A stretch of 64,000 bases of DNA from Harriotta raleighana. Its lineage: Eukaryota. Positions 1 through 11,456 of this stretch are shown one piece after another. The stretch covers positions 6,330,205 through 6,394,204 of the forward strand of contig JBNZDD010013714.1 in the NCBI GenBank assembly GCA_050575255.1, written 5' to 3'. Under the pieces are notes generated by a model. That model had not been told where the DNA came from, did no database searches, and worked only from the letters and a program-made list of their open reading frames with translations. The translations under genes were made by a program, and so were the position numbers. Numbering within the stretch: the stretch's first letter is position 1; each line of letters opens with the position of its first letter.

Positions 1-211
1 GAGAGGTAGGAGGGAGCAAGGCCGTGAATGGCCTTGTAGGTGAGGATGAAGATCTTGAATTCGATCCTCTGGGGGATGGGGAGCCCAGTGGAGACGGGCG
101 AGGGTGGGAGTGATGTGGTCATGAAGCCTGGTGCGGGAGAGTACACGAGCTGCAGAGTTCTGGATGACCTGCAGCTTGTGGATGGAGGAGCCGGGAAGGC
201 CTACAAGGAGA
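1..211 (-). mobile_element. L2 LINE (family A) ORF2 3' region, 5'-truncated, running off the window edge
   Basis: Reverse complement is nearly identical to ~53892-54101 (I see 1 substitution and 1 single-base indel). Confidence 0.92.
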
Positions 212-584
212 AATGGACATGAAATGAAAAATGAAAAATGAAATGGACATGGAGCACCCTAGTGTGGAAGAACACCCATTTGTTGTTTATCAGTCTTTGA
301 CCAGCCTGGATTGGGGTGATAGCATAATGAATACAAATCGAGACATCTGTTTTTGTGTTTCCAGAATTTAAATTAATGAACTGTTTAATTGGCTTCCGGC
401 ATGTCTACATTGGTATACTGTACATTGAAGTATGGGAAGATCTGATTTAAAAGAAAGAGCAATTGAAAGATCTGTGATAAATATTTAGAACTGTTGATCA
501 AATTGTTGAACAGTTTCACCAATTTAGCTGGATATCAAGCAACAATCAGGGTGCCTACTCGTTGAAGATTCTGCACCCCGATTT

Positions 585-978
585 CCCCAGTCCATTGATT
601 CTTGTCACAGAGCAGAATGATTTCAAGATCCTCAATCTAGTGTTTCAATCCCTCCATGCCTTGGCACACCATTACCTCTCTCTCCTCACAGCACTACCCT
701 CTGCCTCGGCTTTGCCTCCTCCTTGTCCTTCAAATTGTCCAGTCGACCATCGGTGGCCATTCCTTCTGCTACTATACCCTGAAGCTATGGAAATCCCTCC
801 CTCAATCCCGCCGCCTTGTTCCCTCTTTTCCCATTTTCAGGTTTCACCTTAAGACATTCCACTTTGACCAAGCCTATGATCGCCTTCCCCTCCCCCCTGG
901 CTCAGCATCTGACTCTGACATTGATAAGTGCTCTGGGACACCATGTGGCACTCTTATAAACGCAAGTTGTTGTTGTTG
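585..978 (+). mobile_element. Old degenerate L2 LINE 3' end
   Basis: DFKIL-like remnant, CT-rich body and an L2-type tail ending ataaacgcaag(TTG)n. Confidence 0.75.
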
Positions 979-1049
979 ATTAAGCATTGATTTCTGAGTA
1001 CTGTATTATGTTAGATTCAGTAGTGTCCTTTGTCTTGGCATTCTCCTTA

Positions 1050-1228
1050 TAGAAGTGTATAGGGTGGTGGAGGCCAATTTGATATAAACTTTTAAGAGGG
1101 AGGTGGATGTTTATTTGGGGAGGATGGGTTTGTGGGGTTGTGGGATTGAATAGCTCTTTTCAAAGAGCTGGCACAGACTTGATGGGCCAATGGCTTCCCT
1201 TTGTGCTAAAAATTCTATGATTCTATGA
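1050..1228 (+). mobile_element. CR1 LINE 3' end
   Basis: gctcttttcaaagagc hairpin, gatgggccaatggcttccc motif and the (ATTCTATG)n terminal repeat typical of CR1. Confidence 0.8.
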
Positions 1229-1229
1229 A

Positions 1230-1920
1230 ACTCCTTAGAGAAACTAGGAAGGTGATAGCTGAGGCTCCAGTTTGTTTTTATATATATATATATATATATA
1301 TCTATGTATAGTATATATATTAGAAATCTAGAGAGAGGACTGGAGAATGGCCCACTGTAATACCCATTTTTAAAAACGGTGATAGAGCTAATCCAGAAAA
1401 CTCCAGGCTCCAGTCACCTTAACGTTGGTAAACAAAAGGCAAAATAATGCAGATGCTGGAAATCTGAAATCAAAACAGAAGTCACTGGGAGGACTCAGCA
1501 GGTTGCTTAATGATGGTTGTGGGCAATGTACTATAAGATAAAGTAACCAGTCTCTGCTGAAGGAGAATATAATTAACAACAGCCAGCATGGATTTTCGAA
1601 AAGAAGGTCATGCTTGACCAACCTTAACAAATTCTTTGAAGATGTAATTGTTAAAGTAGATGAGAGAATTGCTGTGGATAGTGTATCTGGATTTCCAGAA
1701 CGTCTTTGATAAAATGCCACATGAGAGGTTCACAACTAAAAGAGGGGAATGTGGAATTGTGGGAGAGGTAGAAAAATGCATCAAAGATTGGTTAGTAAAC
1801 AAAAACTAAAGAGTAGGAGTTAAGATGACTATCTTCTCAGCCTGGAAAGAAATAGGAAGCAAGATGCATGTCAGGACTGCTACTGTTCACCATATACGCA
1901 AATGTTTTAGATTCTATCTT
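1230..1920 (+). mobile_element. Degenerate CR1 ORF2 reverse-transcriptase fragment, interrupted by (TA)n and a Penelope-like piece (~1430-1503)
   Basis: Frameshifted translation gives QHGFSKRRSCLTNLNKFFEDV...VYLDFQNVFDKMPH, the canonical CR1 RT motifs. Confidence 0.85.
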
Positions 1921-3961
1921 TGTAGAAAGATTCGCCACATGAACTAGGGTTCTCTGCCTGTGGGGTAAGTGTCCACTGGGGATGCAAAAACTAGGAGGTA
2001 TAGAATTAATAAAGAACCACACAAACTATCATTCTGCTACACAGCCTGCTTATGAAAATAATCATCAGAAAAATTGATATTTTAGCATGCTACATCACCA
2101 TGCTCCCCAGAGGTATTCTTCATCTTATGAGACTGAGACTGTAAGGAACCAACGTTCCTTACATCTAAAGGTCCGGACTGAAAGGAAAATTTGAATATAA
2201 CCTACAACTCATCCCTTTGTATTCTCAAACCACATCAAGAGAAAGTTTAAGTATACACTTGGGAAATAAATATATTTTTGTAAAGGAATTTAATTACGTT
2301 ATGTTTTGTGAGCAGATATAAGTGTGTTCTTTAAAGGAAACCACTGCAGAGTCGAATAACAAAGTGCAAAATGAAACCTTTCATTAGCGTTTGTTTTAAG
2401 TTATAACACAGGCTCCGTTAGCCATAACTATTATGAAGTCCAGCAGTGCCGCACACGTAGGTGGCCCAGATGGGAAGAACCTGGGCTGATATTAATACCA
2501 ATGTTTCTCAGACTTCTTTGTCCTATCTGGCGACAAAGAGAGCGGCATTTGAGAGCTGCACAGGAAGGCTGATCAAAAGTCTTGGGTGATTGATCTCAGG
2601 TACGAATGAGAGAATTAACTGTTCTGGTTACACTCATGGTTAACTATTGCCACCCATGTGCACCTACCAACAGCTTGTTACAGCGTCAGAAGGTGATTGC
2701 ACTCTGTCTGATATGATGGCGGAATGGTGTATATAATGGGACTACCTAAAGGGAGAGAGTTAATAGGAAATGTGCAGGAGAAAAGATCGAGGTCACCTTC
2801 CTAGCTCATTTGCTATCCCAGTCACTGACCACTTAAGATCACAAATTTGTTATGGATGGAGAACCCATTTTGCCCCATGGAACCAATCGATTCTGACTTA
2901 AATGGGAGCAAAACTTAAAAGTGTGGTTGAGGAAAATGGCAGCCTAGATTGAATATTAATGTGATTCAAGTAATTTATTACTTTCAATGTACAATACATT
3001 TATCCAAACAATAAAACAAATGACATCAACCAACATTCCAGGGTAGATGCTAAATGCAATCATTATTTGAACTGCACAAGATAGATGTGATTTGTAGTAG
3101 CTAGTCAGACCATGTAATATGTTGTGAGTGAATTAAGACAGGATTTTTGGTGCCCAGATCAGTCCTATCTAACTAAAAAAAAACTTTGGCAGTCTGTGTC
3201 ATGCAAAATAAGTCTTTCTTTATCTCTAAACTGGGAAACATTATGGCAGCAGAATTATGCTTATTGGAGAAATATAACATCTTCAGACACTTAAAGAGTT
3301 AAAAGTAGAATAATTGCAGGTACTATTGAAATGCTGACATTTCATAGCTTATTCACCACAGCTGTAGGGCTGTCTCAAGCCAGATTTCAATAGAGAAGCT
3401 TACGGTATCAGCAAAGTAACTGCTGCCTTCATTAGTAACATGATATCACAGACTGCTGATTAATAGCAGGAGGGTGCTTTAATCTGGTGAGACCATATGC
3501 AGAATAACTCAAAACAGCGATAACCATGGTTGTAGGACGGGTGTACTTAATGGAAAGGCAGAACAGCTCGCGACACCTCTCTTTTTAACTCTTAAATCAT
3601 TTGAATGTTTTTTTTATCATTCTATAAGTTATATTTGCAAATATTTAATGTGGAATGTTACAACAATCTACTCGGCACAACTGCCAGTGATACACTTTCA
3701 ACTCACCTTATTTTCAAATAGTTTAAATTCCAATAACCAGTTCAAGGATTGGCAGTACCATTGGCCTTAAGGTGACAGAAATAGTTTTCCAATAGAGTAT
3801 TTCTGTCGTTTCCATTCAGACTAGTTGTTGGACATTGATTATCAAACTCCTTGTTTGCCTTTTATCTCAGGTTTTTCTCCACTGTTCAGCATAAACTACA
3901 TGGACACCTTGCAGCTTGGCATTTCTGCATTCAGGCTGTACCTTAAACACCATGCTGAGAC

Positions 3962-3990
3962 TTCAAAGAACAAAGAGCTGCCTTTGATGT
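3962..3990. promoter_or_regulatory. Triple TCF/LEF-type motif cluster (candidate Wnt-response element)
   Basis: TTCAAAG 3962-3968, AACAAAG 3969-3975 and CCTTTGATGT 3981-3990. Motif evidence only. Confidence 0.4.
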
Positions 3991-4720
3991 CAAGAAATTC
4001 AAACGAAATTCACAGACAGTGCTTTACAAAAACCTATCCGGTTACTTGATATTTTCTGGCTTTTTCTTACTCCAGTTTGGGGTAAAAACTTAAACTTTAT
4101 CGGGTACTTTAGAATGTATTTTTTTAAATCATTGTGGAGAGTGTTATACATCAAGATACCAACAGCCAAAATTAGATTACTTATTTAACTAGGGTAAAAA
4201 ATGCATGCCTCTCTCCAGAAACACTGCGCTGAACAAACAATGGGTTCTGTCTCAGAACGGAATTAACCTCTCGAATCACCAACTTTCCATGCCACATTCT
4301 ATTAGTTATATATCTGTAATGTGCCTACACTTTAAAATGGGGATTGACACTTTGGGGAGGTAAACTACAGCTGGGATACAGATGTGTTCTTCGCAGTATG
4401 CCACAGCTGTGACTTTGTATGCAAGAGATAATTTGTTTTCCCTCTTGTATGGTGTCAATGCTGGTGATGAGAAGAACATTATTCACACCGCAGTCCAGTT
4501 GCTAAATTGCTGGAATCCAGCCTTGATTGACAATGTGCACTTGGGTTTTCCCTTTGAGATTAAGGTTACCAGTCTTGGCTTTCATCTGAAGGAGGGAAGG
4601 TGGTCTTAGCAACGTAGAGAGAACAGTGACTGAGCCAAGGTGGAACAAGATCAGTGAGTAGGGTGGGTGAAACCGGGCAAGATTCTTGTTCCTGGTCCTT
4701 TTACAGCACCCTTGAGTGGC

Positions 4721-4955
4721 TATAATAATAATAATCCTTGCATTTCATATAGTGCCTTCGAGACCTCTCAAAGTGCTTCACAAAATATTCTGTAAAGTGA
4801 AACAAAAACAGAAGTCACTGGGAACACTCAGCAGGTCAGGCAGCATCCATGGAGAAAGGAAAGTAAGTCAACGCTTCGGGTCCACAAACCTTTGTCCAGC
4901 ACCTTGGGACGTCCTCCTGAGGGGAAAGGCGCTCTACAAATTTTGTTGTTGTTGT
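4721..4955. mobile_element. Composite: SINE tail (minus, ~4721-4798), Penelope-like terminal fragment (~4799-4892) and L2-A tail (plus, ~4893-4955)
   Basis: aaaacagaagtcactggga..actcagcaggt is shared with ~1472-1503. The L2-A tail matches ~54411-54483. The Penelope assignment is from recall. Confidence 0.65.
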
Positions 4956-5234
4956 GGAACTTCATCCCAGCATGATCCCAGGCTAGGAGGCAGTGGAGAG
5001 AAAAGTGAAGACAAATAAGACAAATAATATCACACTATGTTCAATAAAAAGAAATAAACGAGTGATTCCAAAACTGCGCTTTGAACTCGGAATTCAGATG
5101 ATTGAACAAATTCCCCCGACAATGACAACTTGCATTTATATGAAAGCCCGCACTTAGGGTAGCGTTTCAGCTAAAAAGACAATGGCTAGCGTGTTGATAA
5201 ACTCAAAAACCCAAGTTTGCATTGAGTCAAATGG

Positions 5235-5450
5235 TGGCGTTCAGGGTGCCAGTGAACTCCTTGGGCAGTGAATAGGGAAATCATTCTGGATTCTCAATCG
5301 TGACAACCACGCAGTGATTCTAGGTACAAAGCACCTATGCGTGGTCATCAGGCAAGTACAGGAATGGACTCGGCTATGCTGCCTTACTCCTGTCTGTCAG
5401 TGCATTGCCTCACAATCTGAAAACTGGTCACTTGGTGAGGTACCAGAGCA
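5235..5450 (+). mobile_element. Ancient SINE-like relic, same family as ~35570-35810 (-), ~36590-36745 (-) and ~42780-42912 (-)
   Basis: The copies share degenerate blocks such as caggaatggactcggctatg and ggtcacttggtgaggtaccagag. Confidence 0.55.
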
Positions 5451-5476
5451 ACAGACAGTATATAATGTAATCCAAT

Positions 5477-5640
5477 ACAATAATAATCCTTGCATTTGAT
5501 ACCGTGCTTTTCATGTCTTCTAGACGTCCAAAAGCTCTTCACAGAACATACTACGGTACTGTATAAAGCGGCAGGCAATTGCGCACTGCATTATCCCACA
5601 AACAGTCGTGGATAGGTGATCGATTTATTTTATTTTTTTC
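5477..5640 (-). mobile_element. tRNA-SINE 3' half (family of 50256-50560)
   Basis: (TAA)n + tccttgcatttgat...tagacgtc...cttcacagaa...cccacaaacagtc tail. Confidence 0.8.
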
Positions 5641-5840
5641 TTGAAGTGTCCATGAATCCTTGTCAACACAAATACATGCTTTGGTGAGTAGAAAGCTATC
5701 TGGGTGGGGACAGACTTCATATTCTGTGTGTTTGACATTGGGATTCAAAAGCGCTTCTGGGGAAAGCACCAACATTACTGGTGCTCTGCAGCCAACAAAA
5801 AACTTCAAGAGACTGTGCTCGATTGTAGGTCATCCTCAGG

Positions 5841-6000
5841 ACAACAACAAAATTCCATTTATATAGTGCCTTTCACATCAGGAGGACATCCAAAGGCACT
5901 GGACAGTCAGTGTTCCAGATCAGGGAAGGTGGGGGCAAGTGGGGTGATTAATGGCATGGTCAGGGATGAACATCTTGAGGTGGAACTTGAAGGAGGCGAG
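5841..6000 (-). mobile_element. Degenerate L2-A 3' end
   Basis: (CAA)n followed by tttatatagtgcctttcacatcaggaggacatcc. Confidence 0.7.
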
Positions 6001-8271
6001 GGGCATGAAACTGACTCACAAGATTTGGACTACAGTCTATCAGTCTATTCAAAGAGGGCTGCCATTCACTAAATGCTTTATCAGATCCATGTTTTTTGGA
6101 TGAAACACAGTTATCTGCATGAAACACAGCTTCTGTCTCAAGGTATTACATCTGCCGATTACGTGCTAGTAAGCTAACCCTATTTCCCAATGAAGGCTTT
6201 TTTCTATATTATCGTCAGAGCTGCCTCAACATAATTACTGCTACACAGACACACCCAACTCTTTGCCTCTTCTGTGGTGTTGATGTGTACGTACATATTA
6301 GGCACACAAAAGAGTATTGCAGAAAAAGCAGTCAGACCCAGTAACATCAGAACTGGATCTTAACATGATCTGGGGAGCAGCAGAATGATCAGGCGGAAGA
6401 TAAAGATGTATCTAGCTGACTACTTTTTTTTCTTATTAAAGCCGTACACAGGTTTATATTAACATCATCAGGTCTTATTGATTTCCTCTCTAGCACAAAC
6501 ACTCTATAGGTGCAAGGAAACCGTAACAAATATCAAACACTGCAACTTTCCAGCTTGCCAACACACACATGCACCCACACAGATCAAAAGGAAGATTAAC
6601 CTACATCTCAATGACTTCAGTTTTCCACAGCAACACTTTATATGAACTTGTCGCCTCTCTTCATTGTGCCAGAGGAATGCTGCTATACTTTATTAACAAT
6701 AGATTGTCCAGCCATTTAGCGCAACTATTTTTTTTTTGCTTCTTTTTTTTTTACTTGCTCAAAACCTCTGAAGAAAATTTCCTATTCAGACAATTTACAT
6801 CATCCAAGCAACCTGCTTTGAAGTGCTCCAATTAATCTGGCCATTATGCTAAAAAATAAATGATCCACTTATCTACACACAGAAATGTTCAAAGCTTAAA
6901 AATTCCCCTGAACAGATGTACATTATCATTGGCTTTGCCTATGCTCTTTGCTGCTGTATTAGTTAAGAGTGTTCCCTATGTCCCCTCACATCCTCCCCAC
7001 TTACCATCTACTCTTCACAGAGGCTCGCACCCCACTGTGCCAGCACACACATCAAAGCACTCTCCCTATCTGTTAGACACAAAGCACAAAATGAGAACAT
7101 ATGGGCTCTTTTAATTTTCCCAGTATTTAAGTCAATATCTCACTGCTTTTCTCCTTTGGCAAAAACATAATAGAGTTCATCTTCGCCCATCAAAGCAGGA
7201 ATCTCTAGCACCTCGGCAGATTCCCTCTGTATACTCTTGCCAATTGAACAGTTACTACTCTGTATCAGTGCTGGCAGCACATATGAAGAAATCACTAATT
7301 TTTAGAACTGCTTTTATTTCTGTAGATCAAAAAGATGCTTTCAAATGATGAAAAATTGCCAGATGTGACTGCAGACTTTTAGATAAGAGGATTTAAAGCA
7401 CATGAAAGGCTCCAGTGTGTAATGCAATAAAGGAAAATGCTTACATATTTATTTCTCTTCCTTTAATGCTGATATCCGAAAGTTTAAAGTTCTGTTCCAC
7501 AAGGGCAGCAATGCGATATAGTTGAGGAGCTAACACTTTCTAATTGTGAAGTTATTTTATTTCAGAAGAAAAAAACAGGTAACTAACTTTGATCCTCACC
7601 TTGCTTGTTACCTTGTGTCCACAGTGGGCCTTCAGTTCATTATTTCAGACTGACACAGAAGTGATGGCATGGATATTATTGATTCCTATACAAATAGTGT
7701 AAGGTGTTACACAAATATAATTTTGTTGTTGTTGTTATTGAAGCACTTTGTAGATTGTTCTTGCCCTATCCTCTCCACATAGCTCATTCGCTGGTGCAAA
7801 GATAAGCTCAAATCGTCGTCCCCCCGTTAAATAATGTATCGTTTCTTTTAAAACGTCATTAGAGTTATTTCACGAAAATGTAACAAAGGGAGCAGAACAG
7901 CAGCTTAGACCTCACCAAGTAATGTGCAACATGAAGCAAGGGAACCCCTGATGAGAACAAAGGGCACATCGCAAGATCTGTCACTGTTTCTAGCTCTCGG
8001 GGAAAAAAAGAATAAAAGGTTTACAGAATAATAATGGTAACCACTGCAACTTCAAGGTACAGCCAGACCCGTCCTACCCAAGGCTTTGGTTTTCAGGATT
8101 GAGGACATGCTGAGAGTAAGGATCCCAGTACTGTATCTCAACAATGCATTTTAACTCCAGTTTTATAATAAATGATGACAAATTTCCCAGATGTGCAAGC
8201 GCAGAAAGGTACTGGTTGTCTTTAGAAAGATAACGCTTGGTGATTTCAAAAGGTTTAAAATCCTTCTATAT

Positions 8272-8620
8272 TGGGGGATGGTGGCCCATTTGAAGTTAAT
8301 GAGAATGGTGTGCTTTTTGCCGCTGGCACCAGGCGTTTGAATTTCTACTGATGGGATGAAAGTCTCATCTCTCTGCTAGCTGCCAGCCCCTAAGTAAAAT
8401 GAATTTGGGCACTTTTCAGCCCAGTTCGGAGTACGCTTATTTATGCATGATGGGGTAATCAGAGATGGTTGCCTGATAATGACTAGAACAGGAAATGGAA
8501 AGATGACATGCTTATGTGATAGTAAAGTTGCACATTTTGGGGGGCATATTGGTGGGTAGAGTCAAGAACAAGAAATATGATTCTGCATATAAACTGTGCT
8601 ACATCTGAATCAATGTTGAC
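8272..8620 (+). mobile_element. Degenerate LF-SINE-like element
   Basis: Colinear blocks resembling the recalled LF-SINE consensus: gtaaaatgaatttgggc..tcagcccagttc, ggcatattggtgggtagagt, ctgtgctacatctg. Confidence 0.45.
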
Positions 8621-9337
8621 ACTGAGTAATAAAGGTAGAAGGATTTTCCATTACTGTGTGAGAATTATAAACAGAATCTCACACACCATAATTACAGCTA
8701 TACAACACACATCCAGTTTTTGTTCTCTTCGCATAAATTATTTTAAAGTTTAACTCGTACACAATGTGGTGCAATGATAGACGTAAGTAACAATTCAAGA
8801 TCTTCCCTAAACCTTAGGTCTCATCTTTGAGCAAAGGCTATTTTGGAACAAAGAATGATAAATTGAGCTTGATGTACTTGTCTACTTTAGTTTGGCAAGA
8901 CACCTAACATACATATGGTTTAGTTCATATATCCTGTAAGAATAGCAGAAGTTGAAATAATTTGTCATCTTATGTAAAATCTTATTCTCTTCATTACCAA
9001 CACACTTGTCCATTTACTTTCCTCTAATAAATTGTGTGACATGGTGGGAAAACGTTCCTATCTGAATTACCTCTGTGATCATCTATTCAAGCATGGCTGT
9101 CATTTTTTAAATGCTTTAGCAGGTACAGTACATGCTTTTGAGACCTATACAGAAATAGAAGATTGCACCAGGGCTGGCCTCACATCTAAATATATCTCAT
9201 ATTCCTATGCTTCAGTATTCACACACTTCACTATTCATCCTATCGAGAGAGGGAGACGTGTAAGAATATTCCATTCTCAAAATGAGAGAGGCTGTGATAA
9301 TCTTCCTGTTCCTACATGATATGAAGCAACAAACATA

Positions 9338-9690
9338 TTATAATAATATTCCTTAAATGTAGTGCTTTTCACGTCTTCTAGACGTCCCAAAGTGCTTCAC
9401 AGAATATACTGCNATAATAATATTCCTTAAATGTAGTGCTTTTCACGTCTTCTAGACATACTCAAGATTAAAATGACCGATTTTTTCTTGAGGGATTATT
9501 ATTAGGTNTTGTGTGGTCGAAACGCAGCAGCCAAGTGCATACTCAAGATTAAAATGACCGATTTTTTCTTGAGGGATTATTATTAGGTGTGTGGATAAAG
9601 GAAACTTGCCCAAGGTTTCACCCTACTTGGAACTGACACCAAGTTTCTCACTTGTATGACGAATGCTTTATCCAATAAGCTACATGACTC
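9338..9690 (-). mobile_element. Full-length tRNA-SINE copy, broken by two assembly Ns
   Basis: Tail from ~9338 and tRNA-like head at ~9600-9690 (reverse of gagtcatgtagcttattgg...ttgggcaagtttcc), matching 50256-50360. Confidence 0.8.
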
Positions 9691-11297
9691 TACATTATAG
9701 TGTTACTGCTTTTTTTTAACATTCTTATCTATAATAACTACAATAACTATTATCAGTTGTTCTGCCCAAGTTTCAAACAAACTGAATTTCACACAGATTT
9801 TTGCCTTGTGCTGCTGGGAGACTGACCCACACGGAAAATCCCTGTTGTATTTTTGAGTCTTCAATTATAGCTGCTGAGAAATCATGGAATTAGATATCCT
9901 ATTTGTTGATGTGAAGTTTCAGCAGGTGTTACTCAGCACCTCTACCTCCACACATGTAGCCACCAAATTCTGAACAAAAGAACATGTGCTTGTAAACCCA
10001 CTCTTCAAGTATCACCTTCCAATCATCATCAGCCCAAACCCTAGAACTTCTTTCTATTCTTTTAACAACCATTAGGTTTGAGATAAGGTGCAACAAAATC
10101 ACCTCAAGAGCATAAACTGCATAAACTGCAAAGTAGAAACATACAGTGGAAAATCACATTACAAAGTCCTAAAAGAAGAGAAAATACAGGTAAAAGCAAC
10201 TGGCCATTGCCAAATCACATTGCTCTATGTGCATTCATCAACTTATTGAGTTGAAATACTGGATCACAGAAGTTGCTGTGAGAGCTATGGAGCAATGATC
10301 CCAATCCCACTTATTCATTGATTTAAGCGCTCTGAGACGCTGTCCGGTGTGGAGGGCGCTATATAAATTGAAGTTGTTGTTATCCCTTACTTTTCTACAC
10401 TTCTCCACATTGCACATAATGCTGAATCCTTCAACCGACCATCATCTTGATGTATACCCAGGAAAAAAATATTTTAGTAATTTGGTAAATGAATAACATG
10501 TCTGAAGCAATACAAACTAATGTCTCCACACTGATCTTCAGCTGACCCGACCACAAATTACTTCCTGATGTTTTCAATATCAATTCCACTTTGCAATTAC
10601 CCCCAACTCAATGCAGCACTTTTAAGACTCTCTTTGATCAGATCAATTTCATCTTAAAGCGATCTAGTTATCAGAAGGTTTTTCCTTGCAAGTGAAATAA
10701 ACCACTATCTACAGATAGTTTTTACATACTGTAATGGACAATATTTCCGTCTGTGTAAAAGTGAGCAAGTTTAGATTTATATAAAATGCTTGCTCAACAC
10801 AAGAATCATATCATGGTTCTTAAATATAAAGAAGCAGTTTTCCTCCAAGCAGTTAGCACAACAACAATAACTTGCATTAACACACTGCCTTTCACATAGG
10901 ATGAACACGTGAAAGCGCTTCATAGAGATGAAAGGGAACAGAGAGGAAAGGAATGGTACTTTAAAGGTTGCAGAGTTCAACACCGGAATAGGACATTCAG
11001 CCCAACAATCCAAGACAGTGCTTGTACTCCACATTAGTCTGAATGTGGAGTATAACCCCTCCCAATTATCTTGCCCATATCGCTCTATTCCTTTATACTT
11101 AATGTATGCTACAAGTTGAATATGGATATTCAGATGTTTTTTAAGAGAGGTTATTTCAAGACACCAAGAGAAGGAGTATTGTGGAAGGATTTGGGGGAGA
11201 GTTCCATAGAGTGATAGTGGCTGAAATTTTTGCCAATGTGGGAATGAGGAGTGAACAGTGGACCAGGTTGTTAGGAGAAACTCTGGGGAAGAGAGCA

Positions 11298-11456
11298 ATC
11301 GCAATTTGTGCACATCTGTCTAATGTTTGGCAACTCTGCTGGACATTCCGGGAAATGAACCCTCTCCAAGGGCCTTGCAAGACATTCCCAATCCCTATAG
11401 CTCCTTTAGGGTGCATTCAAATGACTTTGTATGACATTCCCACTGAAACCAAGTGC
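11298..11456 (+). mobile_element. Decayed retroviral/LTR-element integrase fragment
   Basis: CWT[F]REMNP...FPIPIAPLGCIQM[DFV]DIP: one substitution restores CxxC and two nearby 1-nt indels restore IQMDFVDIP. Confidence 0.55.

Noticed and set aside
211-251. AAATGGACATG direct repeats around (TGAAAAA)n
   Set aside because: Most simply explained as slippage or filler at the 5' truncation junction of the L2 copy; too short to interpret.
3774-3807. Short hairpins (also 37317-37367 and 44468-44491) as miRNAs or terminators
   Set aside because: Stems of ~10 bp or poly-A/T stems are expected by chance in 64 kb and are too short for pre-miRNAs.
10777-11313. 178-aa minus-strand ORF
   Set aside because: It spans fused CR1 and L2 debris and has no coherent protein similarity or splice support.
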